The position numbers and the translations under genes are program-made. A model generated the notes under the pieces. That model had not been told where the DNA came from and searched no databases. It worked only from the letters and a program-made list of their open reading frames with translations. A DNA stretch of 58,667 nucleotides, the filler included, from Porpidia crustulata (taxonomy: Eukaryota): NCBI GenBank assembly GCA_964255105.1. It is 5 parts of 5 records of this genome, joined end to end, with 100 filler letters (N's around TTAATTAATTAA, not from the genome) between each part and the next. Parts side by side here need not be neighbours in the genome. Positions count along the whole stretch, not along the records: positions 11,771 to 23,426 come from CAXUWE010000620.1; positions 23,527 to 35,182 come from CAXUWE010000621.1; 3 more parts are not named here. The stretch is one strand, 5' to 3'. Below are positions 11,973-24,436 of this stretch, one piece after another. Every line of letters starts with the position of its first letter. The stretch's first letter is position 1.

Positions 11973-14777
11973 TCAAGCGCCCTCGAAATCCGCCGGTCCA
12001 AGCGGCGCCGCAAACGCGAATCCCCTGCAGCTCTCATCTCCCCGATGCTCCCCAGTGTCCGATCCACCCTCGACCATCGAAACCAAAGCATCTCGCTTCC
12101 CCACCTGCTGATCCACAGAAGCCCCGGGCACCACCGGGCACGTGGACGACGACGTACAATCATCAACAAGTAACGCGCCGGGACCGTGCTTGACCGCGAC
12201 GCCGACGGCGAGGACGATGGCGAGGGAGAACTGCCACCAGAGACGTAGGGTACGGTGGGAGGACGGCTCGATGCATTTGTCGCAGGTGAAGATTTGCGGT
12301 TCTTCTTTCATTCTCGGACGTATGGTGGGCGTGGATATATGTCCTGGCGGCGGAGTTTCCCGCGGCAGCAACTCGTATTCCCCGCCATGATCGTGCAGAT
12401 AGTGCTCCGCGGTTCTCCGGCGACTCGCTGCCGCGGAGTAAGGGCGCCAGTCAAAGGTGTTTGGTGACGAACCGTCGACTATCGCTCCGTCAGCTACGCG
12501 CGGGTGTATTCGCCGGTAAGGGCGGGAGAGCACACCTATGAGCCACCACCCGAGTCCGCCGAGTCGCGCGGAGCCGAGGGTCCATGCGTTGTGGAGGAGG
12601 CGTTGGGCGAGGTTTACCGGGTCTTGTTTCGTTCGGGTAATTAGGGAAGTTAGTCGCGAGAACATGTCGGTTGTATTTCTTGTCGTGAGACTGGATGATG
12701 GGAGGCTATTAGGGGATGGATATGTGGCAGGGACGGGTCTGGGGACTGGTCTGGGAGTCGTATCTGATACAAGGGATGTGCGTCGCTGGCGTAATTGGTG
12801 GTCGTTCGCAGAGACGCATGGCTGCAGCGATTCTGCATTTGTAGCACTTGTAGAGGTTTCATCGATCTCCACGCTTTGGGCTAGGTCTACAGGTATGAGA
12901 CCATCTTCGTAAAATTTTTCAGGAAGCAGATCGGCCTGTTCTAGCTCTTCCTCAAGACTCCGTGGTCTTGAACGTCTTGATTTTCGCTTATTCAGTGGGC
13001 TCTCTTCCGATGCAATGCGCTGGTCTATGGGGCTTGAGAATGCACAATCAGCAGATATAGGGTTTCGGCCTCTACCTTCTAGCGATATCAAGGTCTGCTC
13101 CAGCGCCCACGAAGTAGAGTCCTGCCGGGTTTGTGGTGCGGGAGTCACAGCTGGGGAACTAAGTTCTTGGCTTGACAGGAAAGCAACTGTTGGGTCTAAA
13201 GACATGTCTGTTACATTGCGGCTTGGGTTGGGAGATGTCAAACACGGCGGTGCCGAGGCCGGTATAGAGGGTGAAATGGTGGTTGTTGGAAGAATTAATG
13301 GCTTCAAGGAAACTGATCCAGAAGGGAACCGGCGCATTCTCCGTTGTCGACTGATGGATGTGGCTTGGCTTTCTATATCAGGTAGCAAAGGTAGGCCCCA
13401 GGAGGTAGTACCAAGCGAAGAAGATGATTGCATGGAGGTTGGCCTGGATGAAGGAGACCGTGCTGACCGATGGAAGTTTGAATCACCAGATCCAAGTTCT
13501 ATCGAACTAAATTGCCTGGAACCACGATCGGGACTCGGAGGTATAGCATCCTCCTCAGAAATCGCCGAATCGATTCCTTCGGGAGACTCCGATATGCTCG
13601 ATGCTGATCCAAAGCTCCTTGAATGCCAAAAGGTCGATTCGGATACAGTAGACAACGACAACCGTACACCTCCAGGCGAGCAAGGTACTCGTGGAAGCAT
13701 GGATCTTGGTCTCGGGGTTCTCTTATGTGGATCTGCTTTGCTCGGAGAAGAAGTAGCAGAATAAAGATCAAGTTTTGTTGGTGATCGGACAATAAGGTTA
13801 GTCAAGACATCAATCCTTCTTTCCAAGTCTACATTGACCGCCTCCAATTTCTCGGCTTCTCTGACTTTGTCTCGAATGCCCTCAAGCTCACATTCAAGTT
13901 CCCTCACTTTCGCATCCTTGACATCTATATCATCCTCCAATATTTGTAGTCGTGTCTTCAGCCCCGTCTCCACTTCAGAACGTTGTTTTACCTCTTCCTT
14001 TAATCTTTCCGCAAAATGGCGTTCCCAATCGGAAATCTCCTGGCGGAGTGAGCGAGATTCTGCCGTAAGGGCCCTAAGCTTTGACGAGCGCGCTTTGCCA
14101 GTGCTAGGTGATGTGACTGAGTCTAATTTGGCGTTGGCGGCAGAGAGCTGTGCCTCGAGGTGCTCTATGTATTTCGCCGCCTCCGAGCTTGTAGATCGAG
14201 GGCTTGGACGGTTTTCACTGCGGTTCTTGATTTGCTTCACCAGAGGCGCGCTTAAAGGTGGGGGCGTCTTCCCATTCAACGATCCTTCACGTAGTTTTAT
14301 GATATTGATCGGAGCCATATTCGGATTTGTTGGGGAGCCGTTGTTACTTGTCTCATTATACCATGAACTTCCAATCCCACCGCTCGCACCTGTGGCCGTG
14401 CTATCCTCAAAAATCTGTCCAAACCCTGTACGAGGCGAAATACGTCTTCGCCGTTTCGAGTTGTGGATTTCTTGTAATATGTTTACAGGGCTCGGTGGCA
14501 GATCTTCCCCGTACAACATTCGCTTGTCAGGGCTTATAGGAGAGTGTTCGCGGTTCGCTGAACGACCGAAAGACTCGGATGCATGTTGAGATGTGCCCAA
14601 CAAAGGACTGACTCGTCTTGGTGGAAGGGTTGAGCCTCTGAAGCCCACATTGCGGAGCTGAAGTCGTCTGCTTTGTGGATTGATGCATGTAGGGGTCGTG
14701 GTAAGAGACGCCACCGTGGACTCATTTGGGAGCAGCGAGATGTACGGTCGTTCTGACAACGGATGGGAATGCTCCAT
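11973..14777 (-). CDS. Hypothetical protein with central coiled coil, Ser/Pro-rich disorder and a C-terminal hydrophobic helix
   Basis: Uninterrupted ~930-codon ORF; first ATG 14777 (MEHSH). Coiled coil YIEHLEAQLSAANAKL...LERRIDVLTNLI. Hydrophobic WWQFSLAIVLAVGVAV near the C-terminus. Confidence 0.8.
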   Translation of the reverse strand: MEHSHPLSERPYISLLPNESTVASLTTTPTCINPQSRRLQLRNVGFRGSTLPPRRVSPLLGTSQHASESFGRSANREHSPISPDKRMLYGEDLPPSPVNILQEIHNSKRRRRISPRTGFGQIFEDSTATGASGGIGSSWYNETSNNGSPTNPNMAPINIIKLREGSLNGKTPPPLSAPLVKQIKNRSENRPSPRSTSSEAAKYIEHLEAQLSAANAKLDSVTSPSTGKARSSKLRALTAESRSLRQEISDWERHFAERLKEEVKQRSEVETGLKTRLQILEDDIDVKDAKVRELECELEGIRDKVREAEKLEAVNVDLERRIDVLTNLIVRSPTKLDLYSATSSPSKADPHKRTPRPRSMLPRVPCSPGGVRLSLSTVSESTFWHSRSFGSASSISESPEGIDSAISEEDAIPPSPDRGSRQFSSIELGSGDSNFHRSARSPSSRPTSMQSSSSLGTTSWGLPLLPDIESQATSISRQRRMRRFPSGSVSLKPLILPTTTISPSIPASAPPCLTSPNPSRNVTDMSLDPTVAFLSSQELSSPAVTPAPQTRQDSTSWALEQTLISLEGRGRNPISADCAFSSPIDQRIASEESPLNKRKSRRSRPRSLEEELEQADLLPEKFYEDGLIPVDLAQSVEIDETSTSATNAESLQPCVSANDHQLRQRRTSLVSDTTPRPVPRPVPATYPSPNSLPSSSLTTRNTTDMFSRLTSLITRTKQDPVNLAQRLLHNAWTLGSARLGGLGWWLIGVLSRPYRRIHPRVADGAIVDGSSPNTFDWRPYSAAASRRRTAEHYLHDHGGEYELLPRETPPPGHISTPTIRPRMKEEPQIFTCDKCIEPSSHRTLRLWWQFSLAIVLAVGVAVKHGPGALLVDDCTSSSTCPVVPGASVDQQVGKRDALVSMVEGGSDTGEHRGDESCRGFAFAAPLGPADFEGA

Positions 14778-17747
14778 CGGATCAAATATGTTGCTGCTTG
14801 ATCCCCCATTCCTCACGCTCAATGGAGAGCTAAGGCTAGAGGAGCAATTGAGCCGGCCAGTAAGATTACGCACTAATTCTCCAGATGCTCCGAGTTGGCA
14901 GTGAGGATGTGTATTTCATGCTACTCTGGCGGTTGTATATGCCATCTAACGCTGTCGCGAGAAGTGTCAGAATGTAGGGGATCTCATCGAATCGTTTGTT
15001 TGTCCAGGAACTGTTTGTTTAAGGGGTTGTGGTGGGGGTTGATTCGGGTAGGACCGCCTTAGACCGAACCATGGAAAGGAAATCTCTATGGGAACCACTT
15101 TGCTCTCGACGTAAAGCTCAGGAGTAACATGCCTTCAATTACTCTTTCGCGTGTGTTCCCGAATGGTCTGGAACAAGTTGACCGCCGGAGTTGAAGGTAG
15201 TGGCACAAAGTCCTTTCCTCATCGTGAGCTTGGTTGGATTGCTTTGCTCACGGGAAACCATGAGCATTGACAATATCAACACACGACACTTGGAAACTTT
15301 GCTATGAAGCCATTGGACATCAATACAATGGAACTTCCAGCACCGAGATCCAGAGGGCTATTAAATGGGCTTGACATTTAGTATACGATTTCATCGCGGA
15401 CTGCACCAGTATCAGTCACAAATTGATGAGCTCTCTCTCGCAGCTATGGAAGAAAGCCCGTTCTACTGTCCCGCGTTTCAACGTTTTACAGTGGTGAAAG
15501 TCTGAACATGCAAAGGCAAAGCTGGAGGTGTTGGTCGAAAATCTTGCTGCAAAACGATGAACATTGATGAATTATACTGGATTCTGAAAGCAAAATGCAT
15601 AGATGGGCGAGAGTGCATGGATGACCTGCTTGATATGCAACGTGACATTTCTCCACCGATTTGACAACAGTTCTCTGAACATATTTTGTCCTTCGCGGTT
15701 CATCTATCTCAAATATCCTTCTCAACGAAGCCATCCAAGAATGACCAGCAAACATTTCATCTGTTATTTGAGTGGCTACAGGCACATCTAACATTTTCTC
15801 GTTACTGATATATGGGAAAGAACATACCTATGCTAGGACGAGAATCAGATATGCTCTCACGTGGACAGGCTCGACGTCAATCCTGTATCATAAGGAGAGA
15901 ATAATGATGATATTATTGAAGTGACATCAATCATTCAAGAGTCCCTAAAGTACGGTACCTCGGTGGGTCTACTGTCACTTGTCACAGAATCGCAACCTGG
16001 GGTGTTGTGATGTGTCTGGTGGTCGATAACCCTTGAGGTAAGCAAATCAGTTGGCGCCACTGGGGACAAGAGAAGGTGAGAGAGGGCAACTCCATCGCAT
16101 CCGCATCAAACCGTCGGTCGAGACTGAGTTACACTCTAGATCACGGGAAGTCGAGATTGAGTTACATACGATGCCAGCCACTGATGAGGTGGCAGATAGA
16201 TCTGCAGATAGGGACCGGACGGTTGGCGTCGGAAAATTCTTAGGGTCACGAGCTGATAGTGAGTTTTGTATCTAACAAAGGCAAAGGAACGAAAGTAGTA
16301 CCAGAAAATAAAATCAGCTCGCTCTTCGACGCTATGGACGACAATCCTTTTGTTTTGGACACTAAGTTCGACCGAGAGGGTGAGGGTCGAAAGGATATCA
16401 GCTGATCGGGTACATGGCCTTTGTCCCCACCAATACAATTACCGCTGAGTGATACACGATCTTGCAGCGGACTCAGACTGTGATTGGCGAAAGTGCAGCC
16501 AGTCAGACGTACAGAAGGTCCTTAAGACGGCAGAGGTAGGTCCGAAGACCGAACTTTCTTTAACATTTCAGAATTTTTCATATTGGGGGCGGCTCACCGA
16601 TCCCATATGTTGCGCTTTTGATTTTGCGTTTTGATAGTCCTGGGCATTTGTGCAGCTTCTAATTTCTGATGAGCCTGCAACATATTGATAGATCGTGACG
16701 AGGTGTAGGCATTTACCTTCTCATTGAGGAGCGGTTTGAGCGAGACTGAGACAACTTTACGATTGAAGTCTGACGTGTAACGAAGCGGATATATCAACGT
16801 CATTTGAGCGATTACTGTCCGCACTACCGGTACTACATGTTCCGCACCAAAGGGCAGAATATAGTAGTGACCGAAGTATGAATGCCTTAATCAAGCCCTT
16901 CGAGGATGTGATTGGCCATACAATAGCATGCGGAGCACGTTCCGGTCATTTTTATGATTCACTATATATTACTAATACTTTTCAGGTGACGGGAGAATCC
17001 TTATAAGGTAAAGCTTGGCATACGCCTACCCCGCACCCGCAGCCGCACCCCTACCCCCCGCAAAACCCGGACACTCAGCGGCTTTGGCTGGCGGATATGC
17101 ACATTTATTACCACAACGTCGCAAGCTGCTTTCATAGCACCTCTCTCTTAGCTGATCGGTTTCCAGCAAATCATCGTGATCCTCTACACACGACCACATG
17201 CCATTCTTTGGGATGACATGGCACCCCGTAGGTCCGGGCTCTGTCCAACCGGACGCAAGATCAGATATGCGATCGATACCACCTCATGTACCCTACTGCC
17301 AAATGGAGCAGAGTAAGTACATGGGACACTGTTCACGCGATACCTAGAGGAGGACGGCCTCAAGCCTCAAACCGCAGGCTATTGGACCCCTTCATGGACA
17401 CCTGTGTCGCGAAACGCTTGCAGCCACAGGGCCATACCGTCATAGGGTGTATCTGAGGTTGGGGTTGCATTCTACACATTCCACACTTGGACATGTTCGC
17501 ACCAGTCACGATGCTGCTCGCGGAGGTCAAACGAGCTGAGGGGGTTTTCGGATGTCAACATCCTGTGAGCGGTCTGCGCGTGCTTAAGATCGTGAGATGC
17601 CCCAGTGTTCATTCATCCCAAGTGTTACCAGTGTACACCTCTCTTAAACACAATTTATGTGAATGACCTATCCCTTTGCCTATTTATCACCTTGCTATCT
17701 ACTATTCCAATACCACCCCATAGTCTGAGAGCTTCACAATAGCCAAC

Positions 17748-19179
<1,432 letters not shown>

Positions 19180-20219
19180 ACGACGCTTCAACATTACCGC
19201 GACAAAAGTGTATTATTTCATGATTTACGAACCAAGACACAACCACAATCGCTCTACAACATACATATACGTATCTTCCTCAAGTTTGAACAAACATACG
19301 ATTTCATGAGCGCCCCCAGAGGTCCTGGCGTTGAGGCTCTGCCTACCTGAGAGATCAAGTTTCAGCATTTAGCGAGGCATTTCCTTTGTGCATATTGCCA
19401 ACCGGAGTATCATCAGTGGATTTACTTGATACCCCCACCTGTCGTTCCAGCGAATACCCTAGCGATCCGTGTATATTATTTCTCGTGTGATCTACAACAG
19501 CTTTACATAGTATATATATCGACAACATATTTTTGAACACAATGCTCAGGCAGCGAGGATATTTTAGTGCCTCAGTCGTGTCTCACTAAGACCGCTTCAT
19601 AGGCCATGCTTTCTCGCAGTGTCACAACAGGACCGATCCCTTGTCAATGATCACGAATGGGAGCTTTGGATTCTATTTGCCAAAGAAGTAAATCCTCGAA
19701 AAGGGGAGGACCACAGCATGGGTACATATAGCGACGCAGCCTCCTAGCATTGAACTGACGTATCGTGCGAGTGTGTTTGGCGATGGGATGCCCGACAGTC
19801 GATCTGAATAGTTTGCGAAAGACTCCATACGATGGGCAGTTATGTCAGCCCTTACAAGATACATGTTTAGCATTAGGGTTTCTAACCCTTAAAGCGCCTC
19901 TAAGCGATATTCGAGGCTAGAACTTTCAGCAGTTTGTTTGTTTGTTATGTCAGGTTTATTGTCCTTAACTATGCAAGCTAGGCTTATGAAAGACACACGA
20001 CTAGTTACATTAAACACGCTTAATTGTGGGACGATTTTCTCGTAGGCCGAATTCTCGCTTAGCAAGTTCTCGAGACATAGCATCACTGCCGATACTGAGT
20101 TTCACAGTTCCCTCCACCCTTACTAATTCTTAAGGAAAATGTATAAAACCCTAAGAACCCCGATATTTCCACAGCAGCTTAGTATAGCTAGCAGAAGCCT
20201 CCTTCTTGGCAGCACCGTG

Positions 20220-20345
20220 TGACAGAGGTGGGATTCGAACCCACGAGCTTCGCGTTTCTCTAGCGGGGGCCGCCCTCCCCTAGCGCCTAGAGTATTAACT
20301 AGCCCTTCCAGAATGATGCACTACCAACTGCACCACTCCCCCGTC
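20220..20345 (-). tRNA. Aberrant tRNA-like element (pseudo-tRNA, SINE head or atypical Pol III RNA); isotype undetermined
   Basis: Minus strand: acceptor GACGGGG/CTCTGTC+A, A-box TGGTGCAGTTGG, perfect T-arm GTGGG-TTCGAAT-CCCAC. There is a 3-nt insertion after the acceptor stem and an imperfect anticodon stem with a ~40-nt insert. Confidence 0.6.
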
Positions 20346-20736
20346 AACTTTCAGCAGTGCGGAGGCGGGTTCAAGCGAGCCCCTGATTCATATAGTTAAA
20401 TTGCATCGTCCGATTCTTCCAATCACAACATCGTGAGAACGCCTGCAAAGGCTGGCGACGGTCGTAATTACGGAGAGGGAGAGGGGTCATCAGGGGGGCA
20501 CAGCATCTTCAGCTTTTCGAATGACTTGAGCCGTAATTCCACTTTGAAGTTGATTCATCTACTGCCCGCTTCATCGTCGTTCAGTCTCATCTAATTGCGC
20601 TCTTACCCCAAGTCGCTCTTTAGCAATCGCATTTCAGTCAGACGCACTATAACACATTCTCTTAATCACCGCCATTCTTTTAATCAAACAAAACATTAGC
20701 GCAGTTTTCAAATAATTCATCGCTCAATCTGTCAAC

Positions 20737-21706
20737 ATGCGTTTCACCGTCGCCAGTCTCGTTGCGTTTGTTGGCGTCGCCTCCGCTGCCTCTGGATGCT
20801 CTCAAGTACCAAACGGAGGAAACCCCAGTGGGAATCCCATCGCCTTGCCTGGTCTGGGTCAAGTCGTCCCGGCCGGCACCCCCTTCACAATCACCTGGAA
20901 CGTAAGTAGTTCCCTTTGAATGCCCTCGGTTCTTGAGGACCATACTGAAGCCAATTGCGTAGCCCACAACCGCCGGTACTGTCTCCATCGTTCTCCTCCG
21001 TGGCCCTTCGACCAACGTGCTTCCTATCGGCTGCATTGTCGAAAACCTTCCCAATAGCGGCAAATTCGTTTGGACGCCGTCCACGACCCTGACGCCTGAT
21101 GTTACTCACTACGGCCTACAAATCATCGTCACGGGCACCGGAGAATATCAATACTCGACCCAATTTGGTATCTCGAACCCTGTCGGCTCAACCGTCTCCC
21201 AGATCAGTGACGGCCAGATCCAAGCCCCAGGCAGCACCTCCGCTCCCAGCTCTAGCTCCAAAACATCAGCATCGTCATCTGCATCCGCTTCCAGCTTGGC
21301 CGCTTCATTCTCTGCCACCGCATCCTCATCCTCCATCTCCGTCTCGTCTACATCCGTTATTGCCACCACGAAGTTATCTGTATCAGCCATACTCCCCTCC
21401 ATCGCTCCCATTAATAGTGTCAACGCCACCAAACCCATCATCACCTCTGTCCCTGCGCCAACGTTCCCCGTCCCGACGTCAACTTCCATCATCGTCAGCA
21501 CCGGTTTCGCGCCCAACTCGAGCATTGTCCAGCCGACCGTTTCCATGACCGTTCCCGCAACCCTGCAGACCAGCGCACTAGCTACAAGCACTAGCCCAAG
21601 CGCAACAAGCAAGTCCGCCGCAGCGGCCGCGACGGGGGCGGCGGTGAAGTCTATGGCCGGCGGGATGTTGGCAGGGCTGGGGATGATTGCTGCTTTGGTG
21701 TTGTAG
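20737..21706 (+). CDS. Ser/Thr-rich GPI-anchored cell-wall protein with a Kre9/Knh1-like N-terminal domain
   Basis: Signal peptide. Contains GNPIALPGLGQVVPAGTPFTITW and NSGKFVWTP...YGLQII...YQYSTQFGI. Intron 20902-20962. S/T-rich stalk and a hydrophobic C-terminal GPI signal. Confidence 0.9.
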
Positions 21707-22495
21707 GGTCATCTTCAAGGGATTGTGGGGATCTCGGAAAAGTTTGGTGAGAGTAGCAGGGTGGATTCTTGTATAGCACGTTTGGAGACGAAGGATTAAT
21801 GCAGGACGATACTACAGGCGGATGGTCTTGAGGTGACTGCACGGACGGACGTTCACAGCAACCATCTAAGCATTAATGTAGATTGAAAGTTTAAGCCCCT
21901 TGTGAATGCGCAACTTCTCGTTCGAGTGTGACAAGTTCAGGATATATGAGTGCAGATGTATTGTAAACTATTACACTTCTGAGACTGTCTTATGAGAATA
22001 CCAATTTCTATCAATTCTTGGTCATGACCAGTCCTGTACAAGTTAGGATACAACGTTCCACCGGTCGCAATCTTCGAAAGTTTCAAAATCAACCCGAAGA
22101 TCGTTGGAGCAGCGAGAATATTCTTCATTCAATCATTGCTGCCATCGCGCCTGATTGATGCTCGCCGCTCGCCGTGGAACGACCCTCGGACGATGCGTTT
22201 GCGCAGCCAAGCTTTCCCGTAGTCGGCTGGTGGGCGACCCCGACATGAGGCTCGTTGCGCTGCTTTTCCACCTTATCAGTGATCACTTGTAGTTGATGAT
22301 TATCAAGTAGCCACCCAGAAAACAATTTGCATTTCAAGCCATTTCATTTCTGCCAAAACACGATTTGATCATCTAAACTGTTGTGCATTTAGGATAGTCT
22401 ATTCATGTAGCGCTTCGCTTTGGTGTATCACTTTTCTACTATCTGATTGCTACCAGCTCAAAACCTTTCATCGAGTGCAATTCTTCTACCTGATC

Positions 22496-23426
22496 ATGTC
22501 GAGTAATCACACTAACAACCATTCCAATGGCGTCAATGGCTCCTCGAAAATTACCGTCCCAATCCAAATGAACGGGAGAGAAGTGCAGACAGAAAATACG
22601 TTCGACGTGGTAAACCCAGCCACAGGAAAAGTGATCTGGGAAAGCTCATCTGCTTCCAAAAAAGACGCCAGCAATGCCATAGAAGCTGCCAAAGCCGCAT
22701 TCCCGGCATGGTCCAAAACCAAACCGTCAAAACGCAGGGACATTCTTCTGAAAGCCGCCGATATCCTCGCGAGCCGCACAGATGAGCTTGGAGAGTACAT
22801 GATCCAGGAAACTGGCTCTACCGAGGGCTTTTCCAAGGGCTTCAATGTGCCGTGTAGCGTCGAGATGCTACGGGATGTGGCGGGGAGAATCGCCACTATC
22901 ACCTCGTACATGCCTGTGGTCGCCGAGGAGGGAAAGAGCGCTATGGTCTTGAAGGAGCCTTATGGCGTTGTACTCGGGATAGCGCCGTGGTATGACTATC
23001 TACGAAGCTAGGCACAGCTACTCCCTAATGAACATCCTCAGGAACTCTCCATACATCCTCGGCTTCCGAGCCATCGTCTACGCCCTCGCGGGCGGCAACA
23101 CCACCGTCCTCAAAGGTCCCGAGCTCTCCCCCCGCTGCTACTGGGCCATCGGCGACGTCTTCAGACAGGCCGGTCTCCCCGACGGCTGCCTCAACGTTCT
23201 TTCGATCCGGGCCCAAGACGCGGCCGAAGTGGTCACCACAATGATCGAACACCCAGCGGTCAAGAAGATTAATTTCACCGGCAGCACGGCCATCGGCAGG
23301 ATCATCGCCGCAACCGCAGGCAAGAACCTGAAACCCGTCCTCATGGAGCTTGGAGGCAAAGCCAGCGCCATCGTGCTCGAGGACGCCGATCTCGAAACCG
23401 CAGCGCAGGCTTGCGCAACCGGTGCT
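22496..23426 (+). CDS. Aldehyde dehydrogenase (vanillin/salicylaldehyde dehydrogenase-like), 3'-truncated by the contig end
   Basis: Motifs FDVVNPATG, AAKAAFPAWS, KEPYGVVLGIAPW-N, LKGPELSP, INFTGSTAIG and MELGGKA. Intron ~22990-23041. Confidence 0.92.
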
Positions 23427-23526
23427 NNNNNNNNNNNNNNNNNNNNNNNNNNNNNNNNNNNNNNNNNNNNTTAATTAATTAANNNNNNNNNNNNNNNNNN
23501 NNNNNNNNNNNNNNNNNNNNNNNNNN
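23427..23526. other. Artificial contig-joining spacer
   Basis: N44-TTAATTAATTAA-N44. Confidence 0.98.
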
Positions 23527-24436
23527 ACGCTAGATAGATACTTCACATCTCAAACCACTAATTGGAGATCACGGTCCAACCAGCTTTGCAGAAAGGAATT
23601 TCCCCGAGGTTTTTTGAGAAAGTCTATAATTCGACGTAGGAAATTGGCAAAGGATTGAAAACGATCTGGAGGAAGAATATAGACAAATGTATAAGTAAAC
23701 AACAAATCTTGTTTCGGGCCAATATATAAGCCGCTTTGGGATAGCGAAAGAGCCGGAAATGTCGAGATATTGAAAAGGGGATTGTAAGTTTATGTAAGGG
23801 TTCTTCTGTATTAAGAGTGATTACCGAGAGTTTCAATCGTTGGATGCGCACGGAGATCCGTAGCCGTCGCTGAATGGGGTAGATGAGGGCGTATCATATT
23901 TGGGAGATGGAGCTGAAGCGGGATTTAGCTGCAGAGGTCTTAATTCTTCAAGATTCCAAAAGACGGGAGCAGATCCCTTCAGCCGGCAGTCGGTGTGTCG
24001 TCATCAGAATTTTCGGACATCATATCTATACAGGCTTACTCTAATCCCAAGACTACATCTATATTCGCAAGGCTTCATCCTTCAGCGTAGCTAATATAGG
24101 TAGGCATAGTGATAATCCGTTTAGATGTGATGACCGACAATCCTGATGACACATCGAATGTCAGCTGAAGGGATGGCTTCTCTGCGCAGACAGGTAGCTC
24201 GTCTCAAATCACAAGCTGCGATGAAGGAACAGTCGATAAGTTGACGAAGCACGAGGGATGGACGAAAGAGATGTTTAATATGTTTCTTGTGGTTGAGCAC
24301 ATGTGGTTGAGCACACCTTGCCAAAGGTTGGTAGTAAATTCACATGAATCTAAAAGCTTTCTGGGGACGTCCAGCGCAAAACCATCTAAAAGCACATCCT
24401 GATCGTAGCATGTTAATCGTTCATGTCATCGGCGTC

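Noticed and set aside
16115..16170. 33-bp-period duplication (gtcgagactgagttacac / gtcgagattgagttacat) and nearby short ORFs
   Set aside because: Only two copies and no coding or structural support. Not a CRISPR-like array.
23527..24400. Possible gene remnant at the start of contig 3
   Set aside because: Frames are closed by frequent stops and I could not recognise any family.
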